Of a stretch of 32,000 bases of DNA, positions 1-7,884 are shown piece by piece (positions within the stretch are counted from its first letter, which is position 1; each line of letters opens with the position of its first letter). Under the pieces are notes generated by a model. It made no database searches. It was not told where the DNA came from and worked only from the letters and a program-made list of their open reading frames with translations. The translations under genes were made by a program, and so were the position numbers. Location of the stretch: NCBI RefSeq assembly GCF_000940845.1, contig NZ_CP010341.1, forward strand, positions 360,001 through 392,000. Direction: 5' to 3'. The stretch comes from Propionibacterium freudenreichii subsp. freudenreichii. GTDB lineage: Bacteria; Actinomycetota; Actinomycetes; Propionibacteriales; Propionibacteriaceae.

Positions 1-2
1 TC

Positions 3-2327
3 AGCTCCCTGTACCTGCGCATCGTGCCCGCCCGCGACGACGGCGGCTCGGCGATGCCACTGTCGGCAGGGCCTGAATTGGAGATGTCGGTGGGCATGGC
101 GCAGTGCGCCGCGGTGCTGGTGGACATGCGCGTGGAGACCCTCGCGGCGCGTCAGCCGGCCAGCGTCGACGCGCAGGTGCGGGCCGTGCAACGCGCCGAG
201 TCCGGCGCAGAGGCTTTTGGTGCTGGTGCGGGCCTTGCGGCGCCCGGCCATGGTGGCGGTGCCTCCGCGCCCGGTGATGCCCCCATGGGCGTCGATGACG
301 ATGAGGACGCGGTGGATGGCGAGGACATCTCCGATGACCAGCCCGTCGGGGCAGACGGGCGCGATGTGTCCCGCATGGATATGGCGGACCGGAGCGACGT
401 CTCCCGCGCAGGTGTCCCGGCTGCGCGCACCGATGGCGCGTCTGGTGCCCGCCCCTGGAGTGTCGGCACCCGGGCAACTGGTGGCGACGAGCGCGGCTCG
501 GCTGAGTTGACCGCCGATGAGCAGGCTCGCGATGAGCAGTCCGCCGACACATCCCTCGACGCGGAGCAGTCCAGCCCCGAGCAGTCCGGCGCAGGACAGT
601 CTGGTGCAGGGCAGCCGGGGGCGTGGCAGCCCCACGATCAGCAGGCCGACCACCAGCAGCCGGTTGACCAGCAGTCCGGCGGTGGGCATTCCGATGTCAG
701 CCAGACCGAGGGGGACCAGGCCGATGAGGACCAGGCCGGCGCCGAACACGGCCGCCAGTGGTCCAGCGCATCCCCCGAGGTGCTGCGCGAGATGGGCCTG
801 GCCGCCGACGGCAGCGAACCGGCATCCGCGCCGCCGGCGTCAGCACCCGCGGCTGGCGCGTCGCAGGTCTTCGGCGCCCCCGAGCGGCCTGCGCCGTCCA
901 AGGTGGCGGACACCGGACAGCCCGACGCCGCCCGCGCCGCCCATGCGTGGTTCGAGGAGAGCACCGGCTTTGCCGTCGGCGCACCCTCCGACGCCGAGGC
1001 CTTCATGTTCGAACCCACCCAGGCCTTGCCCGACAAGCAGGCCATGCCGGTGGTCAACCCTCCCGAGCCCGAAGCCGCCAACGACGCCAAGGGGCCGGCA
1101 GACGCCCCCGCGACACCGGACGTGGACGGATCGGCCGATGCCGGGACCGACCCATCCGGGACCGACGTGGCTGCCGACGAGGGCTCGGCGCGCCGGCATC
1201 GTCCTGGCCAGGACTCCGCCGAGGGGATTCCGCGACGTCGCCGCCCGGTCACGTCCGGGGAGGGCAGGTCGGAGGAGAACCTCGGGCTGTCCCTGGTCGA
1301 CGACCTGATGCGCGATTCCGAGCGCGCCGCGAACCACCCCGGCGAGTCCTTCAGCGTCGGGTTGTTCGGTGCGCCGATCGAGTCGTCGATCGACCTGAGC
1401 GCCCCGGCGCCGGTCGTGGGTTCCCGGGAGCCGCACGAGCCTGCCGAGCCACCGGCCCACGGCGTCGGGACGCCGGCCAATCCCGCTCCCACAAGCGGCG
1501 ATGCCGCGCCGCAGCCAGCCCCGCACCAGCCAGCGCCGCACCAGGACGCGCCACAGCAAGGGAACCAGCAGCACGGGATTCAGCAGCACATGACCCCTGC
1601 CGGGGCGCACCCCGAGGTCGTTGCGGGCCTGACCAGCCCGGGCGCGGAAAGTCCCGGTCCGAGCGGCCCGAGCGCGGGTGATCCGGGGCACGACCGCAGG
1701 CCTGCCGACGGCCGCGCTGACCTCGAACCCGAGGCAACCCTCCAGCCCCCGGCAAGCACCGGGGCGCCCTTCACCCCGCCGGCGCCGGCATTCCCTGCGC
1801 CGTCAGAGCAGGGGCAGCGCGCTGACGTGCTGCCCGATGCCGCCCCGGACCGTCCCGGTGCGGTGCCGCCGATGCCCGCCGGGCAGGCCTCGGCCGCGAG
1901 CACGATGCGCGAACCTGCCGTGGAGTCGCCGCAGGGAGCGTCGGCCAGCGACACGGCCGGCCCCTCCCGGGCTGCCGGTGCCGTCCCGCGGGCGCCGCTG
2001 TTCCAGATCGTCACCTCGGGCAACCAGGTGGCGGTGCTCGACCGTCCCGCCGTGGTGGGTCGGGCCCCGGTGGTCGACGATGGCCTCAGCCGCGCCGTCA
2101 CGGTGCCGAGCCCCGGGCACGACATCAGCCGAACCCACCTGCGCATCGAACAGCGCGGCGATGTGGTGGCCGTCACCGACCTGCATTCCACCAATGGGAC
2201 GGTGATCAACGAGCCGGGCAAGAGCCCGTCCCACCTGGCCGACGGCCGGACCCGACTGGTGCCCGTGGGCACGGTGCTGGAGCTGGGCACCGGCGAACGC
2301 ATCCGCATCGAAGCCGCCGACGCCTGA
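3..2327 (+). CDS. FHA domain-containing protein with a long disordered P/A/Q/D-rich region (5' end uncertain, possibly outside the window)
   Basis: The frame is open from nt 3 to TGA 2325-2327. The track start at 24 is a GTG with no upstream stop. The C-terminal ~95 aa carry an FHA signature (VVGRAP...DISRTHLRIEQRGDVVAVTDLHSTNGTVIN). The rest is low-complexity with short repeats (GAGQSGAGQPGAWQP; PQPAPHQPAPHQDAPQQ). Confidence 0.75.
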   Translation, partial: SSLYLRIVPARDDGGSAMPLSAGPELEMSVGMAQCAAVLVDMRVETLAARQPASVDAQVRAVQRAESGAEAFGAGAGLAAPGHGGGASAPGDAPMGVDDDEDAVDGEDISDDQPVGADGRDVSRMDMADRSDVSRAGVPAARTDGASGARPWSVGTRATGGDERGSAELTADEQARDEQSADTSLDAEQSSPEQSGAGQSGAGQPGAWQPHDQQADHQQPVDQQSGGGHSDVSQTEGDQADEDQAGAEHGRQWSSASPEVLREMGLAADGSEPASAPPASAPAAGASQVFGAPERPAPSKVADTGQPDAARAAHAWFEESTGFAVGAPSDAEAFMFEPTQALPDKQAMPVVNPPEPEAANDAKGPADAPATPDVDGSADAGTDPSGTDVAADEGSARRHRPGQDSAEGIPRRRRPVTSGEGRSEENLGLSLVDDLMRDSERAANHPGESFSVGLFGAPIESSIDLSAPAPVVGSREPHEPAEPPAHGVGTPANPAPTSGDAAPQPAPHQPAPHQDAPQQGNQQHGIQQHMTPAGAHPEVVAGLTSPGAESPGPSGPSAGDPGHDRRPADGRADLEPEATLQPPASTGAPFTPPAPAFPAPSEQGQRADVLPDAAPDRPGAVPPMPAGQASAASTMREPAVESPQGASASDTAGPSRAAGAVPRAPLFQIVTSGNQVAVLDRPAVVGRAPVVDDGLSRAVTVPSPGHDISRTHLRIEQRGDVVAVTDLHSTNGTVINEPGKSPSHLADGRTRLVPVGTVLELGTGERIRIEAADA

Positions 2328-2344
2328 GGCGTGGCCGCGCGGTG

Positions 2345-2530
2345 TTCCGACAAGGCCCGGGCTCCCACAAGGCCCCGGATATCCACACGGTCCGGGCGAC
2401 CGCGCGGTGCAGGCGTCCAAGAGCACAACCGTCCACCATGTCCAGCCGTCCACAGGGTCAGCCGATCACGCTGACAATCCGTCCACAAGGGTTGACTGTC
2501 CACAAGGGTTGACCGTCCACAGGGGTTGAC
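2345..2530. repeat. Array of ~17-bp tandem repeats, consensus GTCCACAAGGGTTGAC
   Basis: Three near-perfect copies lie at 2481-2496, 2498-2513 and 2515-2530. Degenerate copies with a CCACA(A/G)GG core occur at about 2346, 2363, 2382, 2414, 2431 and 2448, mostly 17 bp apart. The array ends 15 bp before the rbsK ATG. Confidence 0.85.
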
Positions 2531-2545
2531 CGGCCAGGAGGAACC

Positions 2546-3538
2546 ATGAGCGATCCATCATCGTCGGCGCCCGAGGTGCGGGCTGCGGCCAGGGCTGCCC
2601 GCAGTGCGCTGGAACGGGTCACCAACCGTCGGGGACGAGTGGGGGTGCTCGGCTCGCTGAACGCGGACCTCACTGTCACCACGCGCACGCTTCCCGGCCC
2701 CGGCGAGACCGTCGTGGGCGATCCGCTGGTGGTGCGTCCGGGCGGCAAGTCGGCCAACCAGGCGGTCGCCTGCGCGCTGGCCGGCGCCGACACCCTCATG
2801 GTCGGGGCCGTCGGCGACGACGCCCATGGCGAGATGTTGCGGGAGTCGCTGACCCGGGCCGGGGTCGACATCAGCGGCGTGCGGAGCGCGCAGGTGGCCA
2901 CCGGCACGGCCGTGATCACCGTGGACCACCGGGGCGAGAACACGATCGTGGTGTCAGCCGGGGCGAACGGCACGCTGGGGGCCGACGACGTGCGCGACGC
3001 CGCTGACGCCCTGCGCACGGTCAGCGTGCTGGGACTGTGCCTGGAAGTGTCTGACCCGGCGCTGTTGGCCGCACAGAGGCTCGTGAACTCGGCGGGCGGC
3101 ACCACCGTGCTCAATGTGTCACCGCTGCGCGAGGTGAGCGCCGAACTCGTCGCGGACGCCCAGGTGCTCATCGTCAACGAACACGAGCTCGCGGCGGTGG
3201 TCGGCTCCGATCCGGGCCGGGAGCCGGCAGATATCGCGGCAGCGCTGGACGGCCATGGCATCGGCCGCGCCGTCGTCACGCTGGGGTCGCAGGGTTCGGT
3301 GGCCGTGGAGGCCGGACTGGTGGTGAGCGTGCCCGCCTTCCCCGTGCAGGCCATTGACACCACCGGTGCCGGCGACGCCTTCATGGGCACCCTCATGGCG
3401 GCGATCGCCGCCGAGGTGCCGCTGGGCGAGGGCGCGGCCCTGGCGTCGGCGTTCGCGGCCATTGCCGTCACCCGACGCGGTGCCCAGGCCTCCTACCCCG
3501 GCCAGCCGGAGCTGCAGGAGTTCCTGGCCCGCTGGTGA
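2546..3538 (+). CDS. rbsK: Ribokinase (PfkB family carbohydrate kinase)
   Basis: 330-aa ORF with SD GGAGGA just upstream of the ATG. Ribokinase/PfkB motifs are present: GGKSANQAVACALAG and DTTGAGDAFMG. Confidence 0.85.
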   Translation: MSDPSSSAPEVRAAARAARSALERVTNRRGRVGVLGSLNADLTVTTRTLPGPGETVVGDPLVVRPGGKSANQAVACALAGADTLMVGAVGDDAHGEMLRESLTRAGVDISGVRSAQVATGTAVITVDHRGENTIVVSAGANGTLGADDVRDAADALRTVSVLGLCLEVSDPALLAAQRLVNSAGGTTVLNVSPLREVSAELVADAQVLIVNEHELAAVVGSDPGREPADIAAALDGHGIGRAVVTLGSQGSVAVEAGLVVSVPAFPVQAIDTTGAGDAFMGTLMAAIAAEVPLGEGAALASAFAAIAVTRRGAQASYPGQPELQEFLARW

Positions 3539-3592
3539 CGTGGGAGTGGGTCCGCGCGGAGCCGGGTATCCAGCTGGGATACCGGGCCATCA

Positions 3593-3709
3593 CGCCTGAC
3601 CACCGGGCGCTTGCCGGCCACCGGGCTGTCGCGCCTGACCACCGGGCGCTTGTCGGAGGCCGGGCTGTCGCGCCCGGCTCACCGTGCCCGGCTGGCCCGG
3701 GGCAGTACG
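3593..3709. repeat. 39-bp tandem repeat, ~3 copies (third degenerate)
   Basis: The CGCCTGACCACCGGGCGCTTG(C/T)CGG...CCGGGCTGT unit starts at 3593 and 3632. A degenerate copy starts at 3671. Confidence 0.8.
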
Positions 3710-3732
3710 GCAAGGCCCGGTGTGACCAGGCC

Positions 3733-3806
3733 CAGTGCGACCAAGGCCCAGTACGACCCGGCTCAGTGCGACCAAGGCCCAGTACGACCCGGCTCAGTGC
3801 GACAAG
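3733..3806. repeat. 31-bp tandem repeat, ~2.4 copies, overlapping the 3' end of the histidine kinase gene
   Basis: CAGTGCGACCAAGGCCCAGTACGACCCGGCT starts at 3733 and 3764. A truncated copy at 3795 contains the last codons and stop (3794-3796) of the minus-strand kinase gene. Confidence 0.85.
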
Positions 3807-5668
3807 TCCGCCTGCGGCGGCGGCCCCGCCGGCCGACTCGAATCGTCCGACGCCAGCGGCAGGCGCAGCGTGAACGTCGTGTGGCCGTCGGAGGAATCCA
3901 GCGCAGCAGTGCCACCGTGGGCGGCCATGACGGCCGCGACGATGGCCAGGCCGAGCCCCGTGGAACCCTCCTTGTCGTGGGTGCGGGCCACGTCGGCGCG
4001 CGCGAAGCGCTCGAACACCTTGTCGGCGATCTCGGGCGGCACTCCGGGCCCGTTGTCGTGCACCCGGATCACGGCCTGATCGCCCTCGATGCCCACCGAG
4101 GTGTCCACCTGGGTGCCCGCGGGGGTGTGCTTGCGGGCGTTCGACAGCAGGTTGGCCACCACCTGGTGCAGCTGATTGCGGTCGGCCATCACGGTGACCG
4201 CCTCGTCGGGCAGGTTGAGGCGCCAGTGGTGGTCGGGGCCGGCCACCTGGGCGTCAGAGGCGGCATTGAGCACCACCTCAACCACGTCGGTCTCGGCCAG
4301 CTGCAGCTCGGGCTTGGTGTCCAGCCGGGCCAGCAGCAGCATGTCCTCCACCAGCCCGCTCATCCGCTCCGACTCGCTGGTGATGCGGCTCATCGCGAAG
4401 GCGGTGTCGGGATCGAGCTCGTTGGCGCGTCGCTGGGCGAGCTCCGCATAGCCACGGATCGACGCCAACGGATTGCGCAACTCATGGCTCGCATCGGCCA
4501 CGAACTGCTTCACCTTGTTCTCCGACGCCTCGCGCGCCGTCAGGGCACCCTCGACGTTGTCGAGCATCCGGTTGAACGACAGGCCGACGCGTCCCACCTC
4601 GTTCTTCGGATCGGTCTCGGAGTTGGGGATGCGGGGCGGCAGGTTCACCTCGCCCTTCTCCAGGTCCATGCGGGAGACCTCATCGGCGGTGGTGGCCAGG
4701 TGGTTGAGGGGGTCGAGCGAGCGACGCACCACGCTGCGCGCGATGATCGCGGCGGTGCCGATGGCCAGGGCGGCGAGGATCGCCTCGAAGATCACCAGGC
4801 GGTGGATCACGCTGTTCGACCGCTCCATCGGCACGCCGACGAACAGCTTGGCCGAGACGGTGGACTCGGAGCCGTCGGCGTTGGGCACGCCGATGCGCAC
4901 ATTGCTGGCGACCACCCGGTAGGAGCCGAGCTCCGCCAGCCGCACGGTGTGGGCGCGCGGATCGACCGGCACCTTCGCGATGGCGTCATTGACTCCCGAG
5001 GAGGTGCGCACGGTCTGGGTGCGGTCGTAGGTCTCGACGCTGCCGACGGTGGTGCCGTCGCCCTGCTGGATCACCACCACCGCGTCGGCGGGCAGGCCGC
5101 CGAGCGAGATGGCGCTGCCGGTGGGTGACGAGTTCCGGCTCTCGGCGCCGACCGACTGCGACAGTTCGTGGTCAACCTCGTTGACGAGGATCTGGTAGAC
5201 GACGAAGGTGCTCAGCACGCCCAGCAATATCGCGATCGCGGCGACCAGCGCCGAGATACGGGCCACGAGCTGGCGGCTCAGCGTGCCCTTGGCCATGGCC
5301 GGGGCCTTCCTGGCCCGGGCCATGCCATTGGTGGTCTGGGTCAGCAGTTCCTGGCCGGCCGCGGTGGGCACGGTGCCGGGACTGACCGGCACGGTGCCGG
5401 TGGCACCACTGACAGGGGCAGCGCCGCTGGCGCCGGTTGCGGTGGCGTCCGGCTGGCGGGGGAACGACGCGTTCGCATTCGACGACATCGAGGCATCGCC
5501 GGAGGGCGCCACGAAACCCGGACCGGACTGGGTCGTCGCGGAGTTGGTCGTCCCGGAATGGGCTGCCTCGTCCCGGATCGCCCCGGGGTGGGCAGCGCCG
5601 GGCTGCTCGTTCGGATGCTGGACGCTGCCGCCGGGCTGCTCAGGCCGGCTTGAGGACATATCCGGCAC
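3794..5668 (-). CDS. Two-component sensor histidine kinase (PhoR/MprB-like, HAMP-HisKA-HATPase)
   Basis: A TM helix (LVARISALVAAIAILLGVLSTFVVYQILV) is followed by H-box ADASHELRNPLASIRGYAEL, N-box LLSNARKHTP, and G-boxes DNGPGV and GSTGLGLAIV. The start is ambiguous (GTG 5668 or ATG 5659). Both overlap the stop of the upstream regulator gene. The first ~120 aa are low-complexity. Confidence 0.85.
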   Translation of the reverse strand: MPDMSSSRPEQPGGSVQHPNEQPGAAHPGAIRDEAAHSGTTNSATTQSGPGFVAPSGDASMSSNANASFPRQPDATATGASGAAPVSGATGTVPVSPGTVPTAAGQELLTQTTNGMARARKAPAMAKGTLSRQLVARISALVAAIAILLGVLSTFVVYQILVNEVDHELSQSVGAESRNSSPTGSAISLGGLPADAVVVIQQGDGTTVGSVETYDRTQTVRTSSGVNDAIAKVPVDPRAHTVRLAELGSYRVVASNVRIGVPNADGSESTVSAKLFVGVPMERSNSVIHRLVIFEAILAALAIGTAAIIARSVVRRSLDPLNHLATTADEVSRMDLEKGEVNLPPRIPNSETDPKNEVGRVGLSFNRMLDNVEGALTAREASENKVKQFVADASHELRNPLASIRGYAELAQRRANELDPDTAFAMSRITSESERMSGLVEDMLLLARLDTKPELQLAETDVVEVVLNAASDAQVAGPDHHWRLNLPDEAVTVMADRNQLHQVVANLLSNARKHTPAGTQVDTSVGIEGDQAVIRVHDNGPGVPPEIADKVFERFARADVARTHDKEGSTGLGLAIVAAVMAAHGGTAALDSSDGHTTFTLRLPLASDDSSRPAGPPPQADLSH

Positions 5669-6368
5669 CGCGCATGGTGTGGATCATCGGTTCGCGTCCG
5701 GCGTCGATCTTCTTGCGCAGGTAGCTGATGTAGAGCTCCACCACGTTGGCCTGGCCGCCGAAGTCGTAGTTCCACACGCGATCGAGGATCTGGGCCTTGG
5801 ACAGCACGCGCTTCGGGTTGCGCATCAGATAGCGCAGCAGCTCGAACTCGGTGGCGGTGAGGTGGATCTCGTCGCCACCACGCGTCACCTCGTGGGAGTC
5901 CTCGTCGAGCACCAGGTCACCGACGATCAGCTCGGACTCGGAGCGCTTGCTGGTGGCTCCGCTGCGGCGCAACAGGCTGCGCAGCCGGGCCATCAGCTCC
6001 TCCACGCTGAACGGCTTGGTCACATAGTCGTCGCCGCCGGCGGTCAGGCCGACGATGCGATCATTCACCGCGTCCTTGGCGGTGAGGAAGATCACCGGCA
6101 CGTCGGGCTGTTCGGCGCGCACCCGGCGCATCACCTCGAGGCCGTCGAAGTCGGGCAGCATCATGTCGAGCACGATGGCGTCGGGATTGGTGTCGCGCGC
6201 CGCACGCACCGCATCGGAGCCGGTGGCCGCCGTCGTGGGTTCCCAGCCCTCGTAGCGCATCGCCATCGACAGGAGTTCAGTCAGACTGTTCTCATCGTCG
6301 ACCGCCAGCACGCGGATGGGCGTGCCGTCGGGGCGGGTGAGCAGTTCGGGTGCATTAGGTCCAGCCAT
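5640..6368 (-). CDS. OmpR/PhoB-family response regulator, PhoP-like subgroup
   Basis: A REC domain (RVLAVDDE...IVLDMMLPDFDG...VTKPF) is followed by a winged-helix domain (TEFELLRYLMRNPKRVLSKAQILDRVWNYDFGGQANVVELYISYLRKKID...RGAGYVL). It resembles mycobacterial PhoP as I recall that sequence. Confidence 0.9.
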   Translation of the reverse strand: MAGPNAPELLTRPDGTPIRVLAVDDENSLTELLSMAMRYEGWEPTTAATGSDAVRAARDTNPDAIVLDMMLPDFDGLEVMRRVRAEQPDVPVIFLTAKDAVNDRIVGLTAGGDDYVTKPFSVEELMARLRSLLRRSGATSKRSESELIVGDLVLDEDSHEVTRGGDEIHLTATEFELLRYLMRNPKRVLSKAQILDRVWNYDFGGQANVVELYISYLRKKIDAGREPMIHTMRGAGYVLKPA

Positions 6369-6390
6369 GCGTCCATCCTGACAGCGAGCA

Positions 6391-6427
6391 CACAGGCTTC
6401 ACTGTAGAAAGCCTGTGCGTTCACTGT
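6391..6427. promoter_or_regulatory. Candidate operator upstream of the response-regulator operon: direct repeat TTCACTGT x2 plus a 9-bp inverted repeat
   Basis: TTCACTGT lies at 6398-6405 and 6420-6427 (22-bp spacing). CACAGGCTT (6391-6399) is the reverse complement of AAGCCTGTG (6409-6417). The site is 23-60 bp upstream of the start codon at 6368. Confidence 0.3.
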
Positions 6428-6578
6428 GGGCGGATATGCCCGGGTGTGTCGCCTGCGGACGCGCCGCCGGTGCACCTGCTGCCCGCGGGGGAGACGTTGC
6501 CCGCAGAGCGGACGTCGTTGACAGTGCTCGCTGGTCGCGCCTAGATTTGTGGGCAATCGGGGCACCTGCCCCACTGCC

Positions 6579-6710
6579 ATGAGGATGATGATGACTGTCG
6601 ACACGACCACCGCCACTCGCGGTGCCGCCCTGTCGCCGGACCAGCTCGTGACGAGCCCCCTCGTGATGATGCCCATGCTGTGTTGTGGGCGAATGCTCTG
6701 CGCCTGCTGA
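6579..6710 (+). other. Met/Cys-rich mini-ORF (43 codons) in the metQNI leader; coding status unproven
   Basis: I translated it by hand: MRMMMTVDTTTATRGAALSPDQLVTSPLVMMPMLCCGRMLCAC*. It has 8 Met and 4 Cys in 43 residues. An internal GAGGA precedes the ATG at 6591. Confidence 0.2.
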
Positions 6711-6918
6711 GCAGACCTGTTCGACTCGCCCCCGGGCGACCGCATCCATGCGGGACAGGCCTTCTCGCCACAGGACCCGTGTCCGTGACAAGGCGCTCCC
6801 CTCAAAATCGCTCGTGCCCATGTGGCCCCGCCGTCGAGTCGGTGGCCAGCGCCGAGCCACCACTGCACGTCCCAGCACTGCACAACCCACCACAAGCCCA
6901 CAGCAAGGATGATGAGCC

Positions 6919-7884
6919 ATGAGCAATCCCACGAATCCCGCCAATCCCAGCGGCGGAACCCCCGGCGCGCTGCCCGAGAAGCCACACAGTGGCCCCAGCA
7001 AGGGCCTGATCATCGGCATCGTCGTGATCGTGCTGGCCATCATCGTGGGCCTGGTGGTGTTCTTCACCACCCGCAAGCCCAAGGCGGCAGCCACCACCAC
7101 GGTGACCATCGGCGTCACCGACGAGTCGCAGCCCTACTGGGCCAAGCTGAAGGAGCTCGCGGCCAAGGAGAACATCACGGTGCAGACGAAGAACTTCGCC
7201 TCCTACACCGAGGTGAACCCGGCGCTGCGCCAGAAGCAGCTCGACCTGAACCAGTTCCAGCACCTGCTCTACCTGGCCAACTACAACGTGCAGAACAACG
7301 ACAACATCGTGCCGCTGGGCGGCTCCATGATCGTCCCGCTCGGCCTGTACTCGAAGAAGCACACCTCGGTTGACCAGATTCCCCAGGGCGGCGAGATCGC
7401 CATCCCGAACGATCCCACCAATGAGGCCCGCGCCCTGCTCGTGCTGCAGGCAGCCGGCCTGTTGAAGCTGAACGGCGGCGGCACCGCACTGTCGACCCCC
7501 GCCGACATCGACCAGGCCAACTCCAAGGTGAAGGTCACCCCCGTGGACGCCGCCCAGACCGCAGCCTCCCTGCCCAGCGTCGACGGCTCCATCGTCAACA
7601 ACTCGTTCGCCGCCGATGCCAAGCTGGATCCGTCCAAGGCGCTGTACAAGGACGACCCGAACAGCGCGGCCGCCGAGCCGTACATCAACGTCTTCGCCGT
7701 GCGCAAGGACGACCTGAACAACCCCACCTACAAGCGCGTCGTCGAGCTCTACCATGAGAAGGCGGTTGCTGACCTGGTGGTTTCTGGCTCCAATGGCACC
7801 GCGGTGATCGTCGAGAACAAGTCGCAGGCCGACCTGCAGGCGATCCTCGACAAGTTGGAGACCCAGATCAAGGAGAAGAAGTGA
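6919..7884 (+). CDS. metQ: Methionine ABC transporter substrate-binding protein (MetQ/NlpA family), N-terminal TM anchor
   Basis: MetQ-type sequence (TIGVTDESQPYWAKLKELAAKENITVQTKNFASYTEVNPAL...LNQFQH) lies directly upstream of metN and metI with overlapping stop/start. It has an N-terminal hydrophobic helix and no Cys anywhere in the protein. Confidence 0.85.
   Translation: MSNPTNPANPSGGTPGALPEKPHSGPSKGLIIGIVVIVLAIIVGLVVFFTTRKPKAAATTTVTIGVTDESQPYWAKLKELAAKENITVQTKNFASYTEVNPALRQKQLDLNQFQHLLYLANYNVQNNDNIVPLGGSMIVPLGLYSKKHTSVDQIPQGGEIAIPNDPTNEARALLVLQAAGLLKLNGGGTALSTPADIDQANSKVKVTPVDAAQTAASLPSVDGSIVNNSFAADAKLDPSKALYKDDPNSAAAEPYINVFAVRKDDLNNPTYKRVVELYHEKAVADLVVSGSNGTAVIVENKSQADLQAILDKLETQIKEKK

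Noticed and set aside
3561-3585. Hairpin GGTATCC-AGCTG-GGATACC as an intrinsic terminator feature for rbsK
   Set aside because: The stem is short (7 bp perfect, with extension only through a mismatch) and has no U-tract. I mention it in the repeat finding but do not call it a terminator.
2345-3806. CRISPR array as an explanation for the tandem repeats
   Set aside because: The repeat units are directly adjacent (17, 39 and 31 bp periods) with no unique spacers. No cas genes are nearby.
3611-6407. Long plus-strand ORFs (3611..5128, 5208..6407) opposite the histidine kinase and response regulator genes
   Set aside because: They are antisense shadow ORFs typical of high-GC DNA. Their products are Arg/Gly/His/Val-rich with no motifs, whereas the minus-strand products carry complete HisKA/HATPase and REC/winged-helix signatures.
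6369-6918. SAM riboswitch (S-box, SAM-IV or SAM-VI) upstream of metQNI
   Set aside because: I looked for the conserved cores (AUCAAGAG...GAGGGA...GCAACC for S-box; GCAACC...GGUGCCCC for SAM-IV) on the plus strand and did not find them. I cannot exclude a divergent class without a covariance-model search.
6281-7118. Minus-strand ORFs (6281..6985, 6399..7118) spanning the regulator-metQ intergenic region
   Set aside because: They overlap the metQ 5' end in antisense, have no motifs, and show a composition typical of non-coding frames.
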